Shown one piece after another: positions 1 to 9,925 of a DNA stretch of 64,000 nt. The position numbers and the translations under genes were made by a program. Origin of the DNA: Candidatus Oxydemutatoraceae bacterium (GTDB lineage Bacteria; Pseudomonadota; Gammaproteobacteria; Poriferisulfidales; Oxydemutatoraceae); NCBI GenBank assembly GCA_965226235.1, contig OZ245335.1, positions 1,580,427-1,644,426 of the forward strand, in the 5' to 3' direction. Under the pieces are notes generated by a model that searched no databases, was not told where the DNA came from, and worked only from the letters and a program-made list of their open reading frames with translations. How positions within the stretch are numbered: the stretch's first letter is position 1; each line of letters begins with the position of its first letter.

Positions 1-250
1 CATTATGGTGTCTATGCGTTGGTCAGCGATCTGATTCAGTGCCGCCGCCGCGCTTGCGACCAGCCCGATGCCGACGGTACCGGAAATGATGACCGGCCAG
101 TGGATTTCCCCCGGAGAGGCCAGAAACATGCTGGCCAGGACGGTAAACAGCATGGTGGCGACCACCCGGGGTTTGCAGATTTCAAGGTAACTTCTGGCAG
201 ATGCGCCGAACTGACCCAGCGGTGTTTCGATACCGGAAGTGGTTTTTGTA
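1..250 (-). CDS. ctaB: protoheme IX farnesyltransferase (heme O synthase), N-terminal part; gene runs off window start
   Basis: Minus-strand ATG at 250. Translation MTPTKTTSGIETPLGQFGASARSYLEICKPRVVATMLF... is a UbiA-family TM N-terminus. Sits immediately downstream of ctaA in the cox cluster. Confidence 0.7.
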
Positions 251-254
251 GGCG

Positions 255-1295
255 TCATTGCGCTCGGAATTCTAACATGCGAACCATCGTGATCAGGCTC
301 AGCAGCAACATCGCGGCTACCGTGGTATGCGCGGTCGCGATGGATAGCGGCAATGACAGCACAACATTGAGTATGCCAAGCAGGATTTGCACAACGAGCA
401 GCGCCAGCGCGGCTTTTACAGCTATCTTCAGCAGGGGCGGCGGGGAACCTGACAGCAGGGCCAGCAGGAAACTACCGAGAACCAGTAACGTCAGCAGCGC
501 ACCGCTCCTGTGGGTCATGTGAATCGTAGTGCGGGCAGTGTTGTCGAGGATGCCGTATTCGTAATTTATGCCGTCAGGCGATGGGTCGACCCGGAAGGCG
601 TCGGCGAAATCCATCGGCGGCAACCATTGTTGCTGGCAGGTGGGGAAGTCTGTGCACGCCAGCGCCGCGTAGTTGCTCGATGTCCAGACCCCGGAGGCGA
701 TCTGAGTCACCAGTATGCCGATGCCGATCAGCAGGATGAGATGCCAGCGTCTTCTCTTCGCAAACTTCGACGCAGCGTTGCCTCTCCAGCGCTCGGGCAT
801 CGCCAGGTACCAGAGCAATGCCAGAATCAGCAAACCGCACAGCAGGTGAGCACTGACGATCAATGGTTTGAGCAGCATCGTTACCGTCCACATACCGAGA
901 ATAATCTGTATGGTGACCAGCCCGGCGAGCAACAGCGGCAGCGCCAATGGTTGTCGAGGGTGGTTGCGACGGATGACGGCGAGCGCGGCGATCAGGAAAA
1001 TGAACAGACTGAGAGCGCCGGCAAGGTATCGATGCAATACTTCTTTCCAGGCCTTGTCCGGGTAGATCGGGGCACCCGGATAATTCTGCGCGGCTCGTTC
1101 GAGTTCCGCGGAGGTCTCCGGCACACCGACCAGCTTGCCGTAACAACCGGGCCAGTCGGGGCAACCAAGCCCGGCGTCGGAGAGCCGTACATAAGCTCCG
1201 AGGCTGATGACGCAGAGGGTGAGCACCGTCGCGATCCGGACCAGCCGGATAAACAGTGCGTGCGACAAGACGTTGTTAGCCGATTCTCGATACAC
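255..1295 (-). CDS. ctaA: heme A synthase (COX15/CtaA family)
   Basis: 346 aa polytopic membrane protein with GCPDWPGCYG motif and conserved His residues. Cox cluster context. Confidence 0.85.
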   Translation of the reverse strand: MYRESANNVLSHALFIRLVRIATVLTLCVISLGAYVRLSDAGLGCPDWPGCYGKLVGVPETSAELERAAQNYPGAPIYPDKAWKEVLHRYLAGALSLFIFLIAALAVIRRNHPRQPLALPLLLAGLVTIQIILGMWTVTMLLKPLIVSAHLLCGLLILALLWYLAMPERWRGNAASKFAKRRRWHLILLIGIGILVTQIASGVWTSSNYAALACTDFPTCQQQWLPPMDFADAFRVDPSPDGINYEYGILDNTARTTIHMTHRSGALLTLLVLGSFLLALLSGSPPPLLKIAVKAALALLVVQILLGILNVVLSLPLSIATAHTTVAAMLLLSLITMVRMLEFRAQ

Positions 1296-1863
1296 GCAAC
1301 AGTTTTTTCAGATCTTTCAATATGCCCTTGGATGTGGCGTTGTCCGGGTAGCGCATCATCAGGTTGCCAAGCGGGTCGATGATGTAAATCCTGTTTTCAG
1401 GATAGGCACGCATTTGTTTTTCCAGCATGCTGACCCGGCTGCCGAGGAAGTACGCGACGGTAAGCTGCGGATGACGCTCAAGCGGCGCGGCCCGCAGAGG
1501 ATCAATCGGCTCGTCCGAGAGATACACGGCTTGCACGCGGGCCATACCCCTGTTCAGCGACAGACGCACCTGTCTGATGATAAACAGATTGGTTTCGCAA
1601 GACAGATTGCAATCGGCGTCACCCCAGTAGAGTAGCGTCCACTTGCCGGTCAACAGGTCGCCGGGCAATTCTTCGCGTTCCCGGGACACGGCATCCAGGG
1701 TAGCGAGTGGCTGCGCCGGGGCAATCAACTCCCCGTAGCTATCGCTCCTGTGCATGAGCAGTTGCGGGTTCAGGTACAGCACTGCCGCGATGATCGGGGG
1801 GCCGAGGAAAGCCAGTGCCAGGCCGGTCAATTTCAGACGGGATAACCCGAGGGAAGGCGTCAT
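1276..1863 (-). CDS. SCO1/SenC-like thioredoxin-fold protein, putative cytochrome oxidase copper chaperone; start chosen at internal Met (MTPSLG...)
   Basis: N-terminal TM helix. YWGDADCNLSC motif resembles the SCO CxxxC copper site. ATGA overlap with the SURF1 stop. The longer ORF extension overlaps SURF1. Confidence 0.45.
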   Translation of the reverse strand: MTPSLGLSRLKLTGLALAFLGPPIIAAVLYLNPQLLMHRSDSYGELIAPAQPLATLDAVSREREELPGDLLTGKWTLLYWGDADCNLSCETNLFIIRQVRLSLNRGMARVQAVYLSDEPIDPLRAAPLERHPQLTVAYFLGSRVSMLEKQMRAYPENRIYIIDPLGNLMMRYPDNATSKGILKDLKKLLRVSRIG

Positions 1864-2573
1864 TTCTTTTTGCGCCTCAGGGTCAGTATGAGAAAGATCG
1901 CGAGTACCGTCGCTGCGAAAGCGAAGCCTTGGAAGGCGTATCCCTTGTGCCTGTTGGGTGAGAGGCTGATTATGTTCCAGTCGCGCGAGTAGCCGTACTG
2001 TGCTGCCGGGTCGAGGCGCACGGTGAACCTGTGCAGGGTTTGATCCAGCCGCCTCTCCAGCAGATCGAAATCCAGGAACTGGATGATTCGAGGCCAACCA
2101 ACCTCACCTTCGTCCATGTCTCCCAGGCTGAAGGCTTGCTTGTGGGGGGCGTAAATCGTGCCCTCCATGCGTATCGGCTCTTCTGGAATCGACACGTCGG
2201 GCAGCGTCTGCCGATCTTCCCCGAGCGGAACCCAGCCGCGATCGACCAGGAGCAGATCGCCACTTTCCAGCTTGAACGGCGTCAGCACGTTGAAGCCGGC
2301 TCGCCCCTGGTGCGTCTGGTTGTCCAGCAGAAACTGCCGATCGGGAACCGGGGTCGCGGTGGCGTGAACTTTCCGATAGCGCCATTGGTCGAGTTCCTCG
2401 ATGTTCCCGGGAAGCGGCACTGCCGATTCCGACGCGCGCTGCCGGTAAGCCTCGAGTATCTGGTTTTTTTCTTCGGCACGGTCCAGTTGCCAGCGGCTGA
2501 ACCCGATGGAAAGGCTGATCAGCAGTAACGCTAACAATCCCCCCAGCACGGTTTGTTTGAGATACAGGTTCAT
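1860..2573 (-). CDS. surf1: SURF1 family cytochrome oxidase assembly protein
   Basis: 237 aa with N- and C-terminal TM helices and SURF1-like periplasmic core. Position between coxC and ctaA. Confidence 0.8.
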   Translation of the reverse strand: MNLYLKQTVLGGLLALLLISLSIGFSRWQLDRAEEKNQILEAYRQRASESAVPLPGNIEELDQWRYRKVHATATPVPDRQFLLDNQTHQGRAGFNVLTPFKLESGDLLLVDRGWVPLGEDRQTLPDVSIPEEPIRMEGTIYAPHKQAFSLGDMDEGEVGWPRIIQFLDFDLLERRLDQTLHRFTVRLDPAAQYGYSRDWNIISLSPNRHKGYAFQGFAFAATVLAIFLILTLRRKKK

Positions 2574-2689
2574 ATCAGGCGATCAAGTCAGGCGATCAAG
2601 TCGGATTCACCCGCAGACAAACCCGGTCGAGTATGATGCCAGTGACACCCCGGAGGGTTGGGGTAGATGGGCCGGGAGGGCCTGACGCC

Positions 2690-2899
2690 ATGCTGTTGAA
2701 ACTGACAGTGATTGTTCTGTTGTTGGTCATTATGGTCAGTCTGGCTTCGGCGCTTTTTTACCTGGTCAAGGACCGAGGCTCCACCAAACGCACGTTGAAA
2801 GCCCTGACGCTACGGATCGCGCTTTCACTCGTGGTGTTCGTGTTATTGCTGGTCGGTTTTGCAACCGGGCTGCTTACCCCGCACGGCGTCGTCCCATAA
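2690..2899 (+). CDS. twin transmembrane helix small protein (DUF2909-like)
   Basis: About 69 aa with two hydrophobic helices. GGGAGGG RBS 10 nt upstream of the ATG at 2690. Typical small gene inside proteobacterial cox clusters. Confidence 0.5.
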   Translation: MLLKLTVIVLLLVIMVSLASALFYLVKDRGSTKRTLKALTLRIALSLVVFVLLLVGFATGLLTPHGVVP

Positions 2900-2925
2900 A
2901 TCTCGCGGGGTACGCGCCTCGGTTT

Positions 2926-3798
2926 CTATAGCCAGTAGACGAAGATGAACAGGCCCAGCCATACAACGTCGACGAAGTGCCAGTACCATGCCGCGGCTTC
3001 GAATGCAAAATGGTTTTGGGGGGTGAAATGCCCCGCGATGCAGCGAAACAGTACCGTAGCCAGCATGATGGCCCCCAGCGTTACGTGCAGTCCGTGAAAC
3101 CCGGTCAGCATGAAGAAGGTCGAGCCGTAGATACCGGAGTTCAGGGTCAGGTTCAGTTCGGTGTAAGCGTGGATGTACTCCTCCGCCTGCAACGCAATAA
3201 ACAGGACGCCGAGCAATACCGTCAACAGTAGCCCTGCGATCAGTTGTGCGCGTTTTGCTGCTTTCAGCGCGTGGTGTGCCCAGGTCACGGTCACCCCGCT
3301 GGATAGCAGGATCATGGTGTTGATCGCGGGTACCCCCCAGGCCGGCATCGGGTTGAACTCTCCGCCGATTCCCTCCGGGCCATTTCCTGTCAGCGGCCAG
3401 ACCGCTTCAAACTTCGGCCACAGGTACAGGTTGGTCGATGCCCCGCTGCCTTCGCCGCCCAGCCAGGGCATCGAATAGATGCGGGCATAGAATAAGGCAC
3501 CGAAAAACGCGGCGAAGAACATAACTTCGGAAAATATGAACCAGAACATACCCCAGCGAAACGAGACATCGACCTGGCTGTTGTAAATACCGGCTTCGCT
3601 TTCGCGGATCACGGTGCCGAACCAGCCGAACAGCATGACCGTCAGGATCAGGCCGCCGGCGGCCATCAGTATCACCCCGAAGGACGCGCCGTTCAGCAGC
3701 GACGCGGCACCGACCATCAACGAGAACAGCGCCACCGATCCGACCAGGGGCCAGTAACTGGGGTTGGGAATATAGTAGGAGGATTGGGCTTCAGACAT
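2926..3798 (-). CDS. coxC: cytochrome c oxidase subunit III
   Basis: 290 aa, 7-TM subunit III-like sequence (…WYWHFVDVVWLGLFIFVYWL). Confidence 0.9.
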   Translation of the reverse strand: MSEAQSSYYIPNPSYWPLVGSVALFSLMVGAASLLNGASFGVILMAAGGLILTVMLFGWFGTVIRESEAGIYNSQVDVSFRWGMFWFIFSEVMFFAAFFGALFYARIYSMPWLGGEGSGASTNLYLWPKFEAVWPLTGNGPEGIGGEFNPMPAWGVPAINTMILLSSGVTVTWAHHALKAAKRAQLIAGLLLTVLLGVLFIALQAEEYIHAYTELNLTLNSGIYGSTFFMLTGFHGLHVTLGAIMLATVLFRCIAGHFTPQNHFAFEAAAWYWHFVDVVWLGLFIFVYWL

Positions 3799-3801
3799 GG
3801 C

Positions 3802-4353
3802 TCAGGTTTTATCCGGTTGGACCTTGTCGGTCGTGTCGAAGAAGGTATAGGCGAGGGAGATCGTGTCGATATGCCGCGGCAGACCTGCGTCGACGACGAA
3901 GCGTACCGGCAACGTTCGTTGCTCTCCCGGATCAAAGCGCTGCTGCGAGAAACAGAAGCACTCGATCTTGTTGAAAAAACCCGCCGCCGCCGCTGGAGCG
4001 ACGCTGGGGACCGCTTGCCCGACGGTCAGCACCGGGTTGTGATTGGTTGCGACGTAATCGATCTCGTAAATCTCGCCGGGTTTGACCAGCAGCTTTTTGA
4101 CGGTTGGAGCAAAACTCCAGTTCATTGACTGGTTCAGGTTGGAGACGAACTCGACGGTGACCAGACGCTGTTCATCTACCTTGCCGGCGCGGGCCTGATT
4201 TTCTGCGATGCTACCCGTTTTCCCGTTGAGTCCGGTGATGTCGCAAAGGATGTCGTACAGCGGGACCAGACCAAAGCCGAAGCCGAACATCGCCAGCGCG
4301 AAAACCGCCAGCTTGAGAGCGGCACCATTCGATTTCTTTTGCATGTCGGTCAT
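3802..4353 (-). CDS. ctaG: cytochrome c oxidase assembly protein Cox11/CtaG
   Basis: 183 aa. N-terminal TM then Cox11 domain with CFCF copper-binding motif (…FNKIECFCF…). Confidence 0.85.
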   Translation of the reverse strand: MTDMQKKSNGAALKLAVFALAMFGFGFGLVPLYDILCDITGLNGKTGSIAENQARAGKVDEQRLVTVEFVSNLNQSMNWSFAPTVKKLLVKPGEIYEIDYVATNHNPVLTVGQAVPSVAPAAAAGFFNKIECFCFSQQRFDPGEQRTLPVRFVVDAGLPRHIDTISLAYTFFDTTDKVQPDKT

Positions 4354-4396
4354 TGGGCCGGGCGGGATAAGAGATGCGTACGTCGGAAAGGAGTGT

Positions 4397-4501
4397 TCAT
4401 CGGCTTGCCATCAGCAGGTAAAAGCCGATGTAGATCGCGAGCGCGACCAAAGCCAGTTGCAGCGCCGTGGCTTTTATCTTGCCCATGTCTTTTTCACCCA
4501 T
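4397..4501 (-). CDS. small hydrophobic protein (34 aa) between coxA and cox11
   Basis: [34 protein letters not shown] has a single TM helix. Fits the gap after coxA. The longer ORF version overlaps coxA. Confidence 0.3.
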   Translation of the reverse strand: MGEKDMGKIKATALQLALVALAIYIGFYLLMASR

Positions 4502-4551
4502 CAATCCTCGTATCTCCGTCGCACGTTGTTGCTGCGGTCGTCCGGCTCGCG

Positions 4552-6144
4552 CTACTTGACGACGGGGGGCGTCGTAAAGCTGTGATACGGCGGTGGCGAC
4601 GGCAATGTCCATTCGAGTCCCGTGGCGCCGTCCCAGACCTGTGCCGTCGCTTTCTGCTTCTGCTTGCTGCGGATCGTGGCGAACACCAGGTACAGGAACA
4701 GCAACTGCGCGAATCCGAAGCCGAAAGCGCCTACCGACGCGAGCATGTTGTAGTCGGTAAACTGCAGGTTGTAATCAGGTATCCGGCGAGGCATACCGGC
4801 AAGCCCAACGAAGTGCATCGGGAAGAATGTGAGGTTGACGAAGATAGTCGATAGCCAGAAGTGCCACTTGCCGAGGGTTTCGTTATACATGTTGCCGGTC
4901 CACTTGGGCAACCAGTAATAAACAGCGGCCAGGATCGCGAAGATCGACCCGGGCACCAGCACGTAATGAAAGTGCGCGACCACGAAGTAAGTATCGTGGT
5001 ACTGAAAGTCCGCGGGGCTTATGGCCAGCATCAGCCCTGAGAATCCTCCCAGCGTAAACAGCATGATAAAGGCGATGGAAAACAGCATCGGGGTTTCAAA
5101 AGTCAGCGAGCCGCGCCACATGGTAGCTACCCAGTTGAATATCTTGACCCCGGTGGGTACCGCAATGAGCATCGTCGAAAACATGAAAAACAACTGCCCC
5201 GCGAGCGGCATCCCGACGGTGAACATGTGGTGCGCCCAGACGATGAACGACAGAAAAGCGATCGAAGCGGTCGCGTATACCATGGAACTGTAGCCGAACA
5301 GAGGTTTGCGCGAGAACGTCGGCAGGATGCTCGAGATCACACCGAACGACGGCAGGATCAGTATGTACACCTCGGGGTGGCCGAAAAACCAGAAGATGTG
5401 CTGAAACAGGACCGGATCGCCACCGCCGGCGGCGTTGAAGAAACTGGTGCCGAAGAACTTGTCCGTCAGCAGCATGGTGACCCCGCCGGCGAGCACCGGC
5501 ATCACGGCGATCAGCAGATAGGCGGTGATGAGCCAGGTCCATACGAACAGCGGCATTTTCATCAGGTTCATGCCAGGTGCCCGCATGTTGAGGATGGTGG
5601 CGATGATGTTGATCGCCCCCATGATGGAGGCCAGTCCCATGAAGTGAATGGAGAACACCACGAACGGCAACGCGTCGCCGGTTTGCAACGTCAGCGGAGG
5701 GTATAGCGTCCAGCCACCGGCGGGGCCGCCTCCGTCCATGAACAGCGTCCCCAGCAGCATGGTGAATGCAAACGGCAGGATCCAGAAACTCCAGTTGTTA
5801 AGCCGGGGCAGCGCCATGTCGGTGCTGCCGATCATCATCGGGATCAACCAGTTGGCGAGACCGGTGAACGCCGGCATGACGACGCCGAAGATCATCACCA
5901 GCGCGTGCATCGTCGTCATCGAGTTGAAGAACAGCGGGTCGACGAACTGCAGACCGGGTTCGAACAACTCGGCACGGATAACCAGTGCCATGGCACCGCC
6001 GATGAAAAACATGATCATCGCGAACCACAGGTACAGCGTACCGATGTCCTTGTGGTTCGTGGTGAACAGCCAGCGCTTGATTCCGCTGGGGTGGTCTTCG
6101 TGGTGGCCTGTGTGGGCGTGTTTGTCAGTGATTACTGCGCTCAC
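4552..6144 (-). CDS. coxA: cytochrome c oxidase subunit I
   Basis: Heme-copper oxidase subunit I motifs (…WFFGHPEVYILILP…HHMF…). Start proposed at a GTG overlapping the coxB TGA (GTGA). An upstream ATG at 6216 would overlap coxB by 75 nt. Confidence 0.85.
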   Translation of the reverse strand: MSAVITDKHAHTGHHEDHPSGIKRWLFTTNHKDIGTLYLWFAMIMFFIGGAMALVIRAELFEPGLQFVDPLFFNSMTTMHALVMIFGVVMPAFTGLANWLIPMMIGSTDMALPRLNNWSFWILPFAFTMLLGTLFMDGGGPAGGWTLYPPLTLQTGDALPFVVFSIHFMGLASIMGAINIIATILNMRAPGMNLMKMPLFVWTWLITAYLLIAVMPVLAGGVTMLLTDKFFGTSFFNAAGGGDPVLFQHIFWFFGHPEVYILILPSFGVISSILPTFSRKPLFGYSSMVYATASIAFLSFIVWAHHMFTVGMPLAGQLFFMFSTMLIAVPTGVKIFNWVATMWRGSLTFETPMLFSIAFIMLFTLGGFSGLMLAISPADFQYHDTYFVVAHFHYVLVPGSIFAILAAVYYWLPKWTGNMYNETLGKWHFWLSTIFVNLTFFPMHFVGLAGMPRRIPDYNLQFTDYNMLASVGAFGFGFAQLLFLYLVFATIRSKQKQKATAQVWDGATGLEWTLPSPPPYHSFTTPPVVK

Positions 6145-6980
6145 TCGTTTTCCTCGCTGTTGGTGGTTGTCTGATGATGGGATGCGAGCGGCTGTGACTT
6201 CATACCTGCCAGCCACTGCTCATACTCCGCTGGTTCGACCGCGTGTACCACGATCGGCATGAAGCCGTGGCCGCGGCCGCATAATTCGGCGCATTGCCCG
6301 CGATAAACACCGGGCTGATCGATGGTCGCCCACGCTTCGTTGATAAAGCCGGGGATGGCGTCCTTTTTCACCGCCAGATCCGGCACCCACCAGGCGTGGT
6401 TGACGTCGTTCGACGTCATCAGGAAACGCACCTTCCTGCTGGTGGGAAGCACCAGAGGATTATCGACTTCGAGCAGGTAGTTTTCATCCTTTTCCTGCAG
6501 GTTGTAGATTTCTTCCTGCGGAGTTGCAAGGGCACTGTAGAAGCTGATGTCCTCGTCCAGGTAATGATACTTCCACAGCCACTGATAGCCGGTGATCTGG
6601 ATCGTCATATCGGCATCGCCGGTGCTCTCCATCTTCACCAGGGTTTTGGACGCAGGTATCGCCATCGCCACAATGATCAAAAACGGCACCAGGGTCCAGG
6701 CGAATTCAGCGGTTGCGCTTTCGTGAAACTGGGACGCCTCACGCTTTTTGGACTTTCGATGCGCGATGATTGTATACACCATGACGCCATAGACGACCAA
6801 GCCAATGGCTACGCAAATCCAGAAGATCAGCATGTGCAGGCTGAACACCTCCCGGCTGATTTCTGTTACGCCGACGCGCATGTTGTAAGGCTGAAGATCC
6901 GCTCCCGGCAGCGACGACCAGGCCGGGATCAGAAGGGTGGCGGCGATGGCGGCAAAAGCAACGTCAAGCTTTTTCATCAT
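6141..6980 (-). CDS. coxB: cytochrome c oxidase subunit II
   Basis: 279 aa. Signal peptide/TM helices and a CuA centre (…HAWWVPDLAVKKDAIPG…CAELCGRGHGFMP). Confidence 0.9.
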   Translation of the reverse strand: MMKKLDVAFAAIAATLLIPAWSSLPGADLQPYNMRVGVTEISREVFSLHMLIFWICVAIGLVVYGVMVYTIIAHRKSKKREASQFHESATAEFAWTLVPFLIIVAMAIPASKTLVKMESTGDADMTIQITGYQWLWKYHYLDEDISFYSALATPQEEIYNLQEKDENYLLEVDNPLVLPTSRKVRFLMTSNDVNHAWWVPDLAVKKDAIPGFINEAWATIDQPGVYRGQCAELCGRGHGFMPIVVHAVEPAEYEQWLAGMKSQPLASHHQTTTNSEENE

Positions 6981-7007
6981 GCAAGGTACGGGTTACGACA
7001 AATTATT

Positions 7008-7040
7008 CAACTGTCTGGCAACTGTCTGGCAATTGTCTGG
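7008..7040. repeat. 3 x 11-bp direct tandem repeat CAA(C/T)TGTCTGG about 30-60 nt upstream of coxB
   Basis: caactgtctgg caactgtctgg caattgtctgg read directly in the coxB upstream region. Confidence 0.8.
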
Positions 7041-7082
7041 TGCACAGCTACGGCAAGCCGGGAGCATCATACCTTGAGACGC

Positions 7083-7250
7083 CCAGAAATCAAAAATGGG
7101 TGTATGGGTCCACCCCATATGGGACAAACGAGGCAGGTGCTGGGCGAGCATTTGGCAGGGTGTTCGGCAATTGATTCCTTGGTGCGGTCTCTGTCCGTTG
7201 TAGCGATCAAGATAATCTAACAGGCGCTGGTTGAACAGCCGCAGGTCTTC
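7083..7250 (-). mobile_element. IS481-family fragment (3' end, minus orientation): last ~60 codons of transposase plus right terminus
   Basis: Encodes …YEEELLLEDLRLFNQRLLDYLDRYNGQRPHQGINCRTPCQMLAQH…, homologous to the C-terminus of the complete copy at 17843-18852. Terminus TGTATGGGTCCACC…. Confidence 0.7.
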
Positions 7251-7744
7251 GAGCAGCAGCTCCTCCTCGTATATGGGACAAACAGACACGCTTCGGGAGC
7301 ACGCGCCCGATGCGAAGGATTTCACCCACCGCAGGGGATGCCGCCACCGCCCACTGAGTGAACGAGACAGGGCCGTCAACCGGACGAAGTCGAAAGTCAG
7401 GGCCAGGGTGGAACATCCCTTCCTGGTCCTCAAGCAGATCTTTGGCTTCACGAAAGTCCGTTACCGAGGATTGGAGAAGAACGCCACCCGGCTGCTTGTG
7501 GCCTGCGGGTTGGTAAATCTGTATCTGGCACGCCGCCGGTTGTTGTGCGCCACGTAGGATGGGTGCGCCTGAAATCCACCGATTGCGCCAAGAATCACGA
7601 AAAGACCGACAAAACGGGCCAACAAAGGTCGTAAAATCAGCCTGACTTCAGCGCGATCCTGCACTTTCCAACCCGGTGTTCCCCAGTGTTCCATCAAATC
7701 AGGGAAATTGTGTGCCAACGTCGATTGATCAGACTTTCCCTAGC
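7231..7744 (+). mobile_element. IS5-family 3' fragment (transposase C-terminal ~100 aa plus right end); 5'-truncated at junction with the IS481 fragment
   Basis: …VEHPFLVLKQIFGFTKVRYRGLEKNATRLLVACGLVNLYLARRRLL*. Nearly identical to 9166-9925 in inverted orientation. End GGGAAAGTCTGATCAATCGACGTTG. Confidence 0.7.
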
Positions 7745-7759
7745 TGATACGATAAATGA

Positions 7760-9109
7760 ATGGTCCAAGAACCAGAAACCCAGGCACAGTACGGCGCAGA
7801 TTCACGAACGGAGCAAGTGTATTTCACCGTGTGCATGCCGGAGCACGTGGGAATGGCAGACCATCTGAACAGTTACAAAATCTTCAGAAAATTAGGCCTG
7901 TCACTGGGGTACGCCTACTGCCACACACGGTTGACATCGACGCGCCATTTGCTGCCAAATTCCCCTCCCAGATGGATCGGAAAAGTTCGCTTTTTCGAAA
8001 AAGCATGGTATTGGCTATCTGCAAGGCTTGGTAAAGTCATCTCTCGGACCATCTCTCGGACCATCTCCCAGGAGATATACGATTTCCTGGGGCTAAATCA
8101 ATACTTCGCCTCGGATAAAACTTCTCCGGACGCAAGCAGGTTCCCGAAAAAATCATGTTGCCATATAACTTTGTCCGACCAGCTTCTGCAGGAAAACAAC
8201 ATTTCCTCTTACAAAGCGTTGGAGCGTCACATAAAAAACCTCGTCTCCCAAAGAAAAAAGCCCGGCTTTCCTTTGTTGCTTGTCTTGCAAAGAAGTATTC
8301 CCTTAGAGGAGGTTTCCAGGATCCTGCACACCATTCCCGACCCCACAGACCCGTTGGACTTTCGCGCGGCCTATTTTCAGCGGCAAAAAAAACATCCCGT
8401 GCAATCGGGGTTCGCACGCGGGCGCCTGAAAATACTTGCGCACCTGCGTCTGGGTGACCGAGGCGTTGCCTATACGCCTTGGGGAACTTGGATATATAAC
8501 CCGCCAAGATTATACCGGTGGCGGCAATGCCCGAGCGAAAACGATTTTTGGCAAGTCACAGCCACTGATTTCTATCAATTCATGCAGAAGTTGCTTGAAC
8601 ACTTTCCTCCCGACACGACTGACGCACAGATTTTCTCCGACGGGTTCGAGCACACAATCAAGGGCATATGCAGACGGAATTTGATCGTCCCCCCTCTTGC
8701 CTGGACAGAATCCAGGCTTCTGGAGAAAAGCCTGAAATGCCAGCAGCGTTTGCTTGTGTCGCAACTCAAAAGCCTGCCGAACAGCACTTGCTTTATCGGA
8801 GAAAAAAAGAGTCAGCTTTTCAAACTCGTCCATGCGGCAGTCGAAGCCGACCTCTTCATCGCCGCCTTTCCGGGACAGAGTCATTTGCTCACATGTCTGG
8901 CGGATTTTTACAGAGATCGGACGAATATGCCTGTTGTGTTGTTGCTACACAAGCTATCCAGAGTAAAAAACACCAAAAGCATCAACATGGCCAACAATGT
9001 AATGAAGCGGCTTTGTCACATTTTTCCTGAAGGAATACCTGGAATAAACTTTGTCGATATCGACGCGTCCGACTTCCCTGGCCTGACCCGGCAAATACTG
9101 CACCAGTAG
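7760..9109 (+). CDS. hypothetical protein (449 aa), lower-GC orphan ORF; N-terminus/start uncertain
   Basis: Long ORF exactly filling the gap between the two inward-facing IS5 ends. No recognisable motif; ISRTISRTIS repeat near N-terminus. Confidence 0.45.
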   Translation: MVQEPETQAQYGADSRTEQVYFTVCMPEHVGMADHLNSYKIFRKLGLSLGYAYCHTRLTSTRHLLPNSPPRWIGKVRFFEKAWYWLSARLGKVISRTISRTISQEIYDFLGLNQYFASDKTSPDASRFPKKSCCHITLSDQLLQENNISSYKALERHIKNLVSQRKKPGFPLLLVLQRSIPLEEVSRILHTIPDPTDPLDFRAAYFQRQKKHPVQSGFARGRLKILAHLRLGDRGVAYTPWGTWIYNPPRLYRWRQCPSENDFWQVTATDFYQFMQKLLEHFPPDTTDAQIFSDGFEHTIKGICRRNLIVPPLAWTESRLLEKSLKCQQRLLVSQLKSLPNSTCFIGEKKSQLFKLVHAAVEADLFIAAFPGQSHLLTCLADFYRDRTNMPVVLLLHKLSRVKNTKSINMANNVMKRLCHIFPEGIPGINFVDIDASDFPGLTRQILHQ

Positions 9110-9165
9110 AAGTCGGCAGAAGAGACAACCGATCGCAATTGACCCCTTTACCTGTTCCCACATTT

Positions 9166-9925
9166 CAGGGAAAGTCTGATCAATCGACGTTGACACACAA
9201 TTCCCCTGATTTGATGGAACACTGGGGAACACCGGGTTGGAAAGCGCAGGATCGCGCTGAAGTCAGGCTGATTTTACGACCTTTGTTGGCCTGTTTTGTC
9301 GGTCTTTTCGTGATTCCGGGCACAATCGGTGGATTTCAGGCGCACCAATCCTACGTGGCGCACAACAACCGGCGGCGTGCCAGATACAGATTTACCAACC
9401 CGCAGGCCACAAGCAGCCGGGTGGCGTTCTTCTCCAATCCTCGGTAACGAACTTTCGTGAAGCCAAAGATCTGCTTGAGGACCAGGAAGGGATGTTCCAC
9501 CCTGGCCCTGACTTTCGACTTCGTCCGGTTGACGGCCCTGTCCCGTTCACTCAGCGGGCGGTGGCGGCATCCCCTGCGGTGGGTGCAATCCTTTGCATTG
9601 GGCGCGTGCTTGCGAAGCGTGTCTGTTTGTCCCATATAGGCCGAATCACCCCATACCCGGGTTTCACCACCGTGCAGCAACTCACCGAGTACCTGGCTGT
9701 CATGTACATTCGCCGCTGTGGCAACCGCCGAATGAATCAGCTTGCTGTGGCTGTCCACACCGATATGTCCCTTCATGCCGAAATACCACTGGTTGCCTTT
9801 GCGAACCTGACGCATTTCCGGGTCATGGGACTTGTCCTTGTTCTTCGTCGAAGCGGGTGCGGAAATGATCGTGGCCTCCACGATGGTGCCGGTATTCACC
9901 TTCAGGCCATTTTCCGCTGCGGATT
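9166..9925 (-). mobile_element. IS5-family partial copy (DDE transposase lacking N-terminus), minus orientation
   Basis: ORF 9351-10028(-): …FGMKGHIGVDSHSKLIHSAVATAANVHDSQ…VEHPFLVLKQIFGF…ARRRLL. N-terminal ~40 aa replaced by an antisense IS481 sequence. Confidence 0.7.

Noticed and set aside
19-522. 167-aa plus-strand ORF at the window start
   Set aside because: Lies antisense to ctaB/ctaA, which have clear family motifs; high-GC DNA produces long spurious antisense ORFs.
574-1164. 196-aa Arg-rich minus-strand ORF plus 510-1382(+) 290-aa ORF
   Set aside because: Both overlap ctaA out of frame and have Arg/Ala/Gly-rich low-complexity composition typical of off-frame GC-rich translation.
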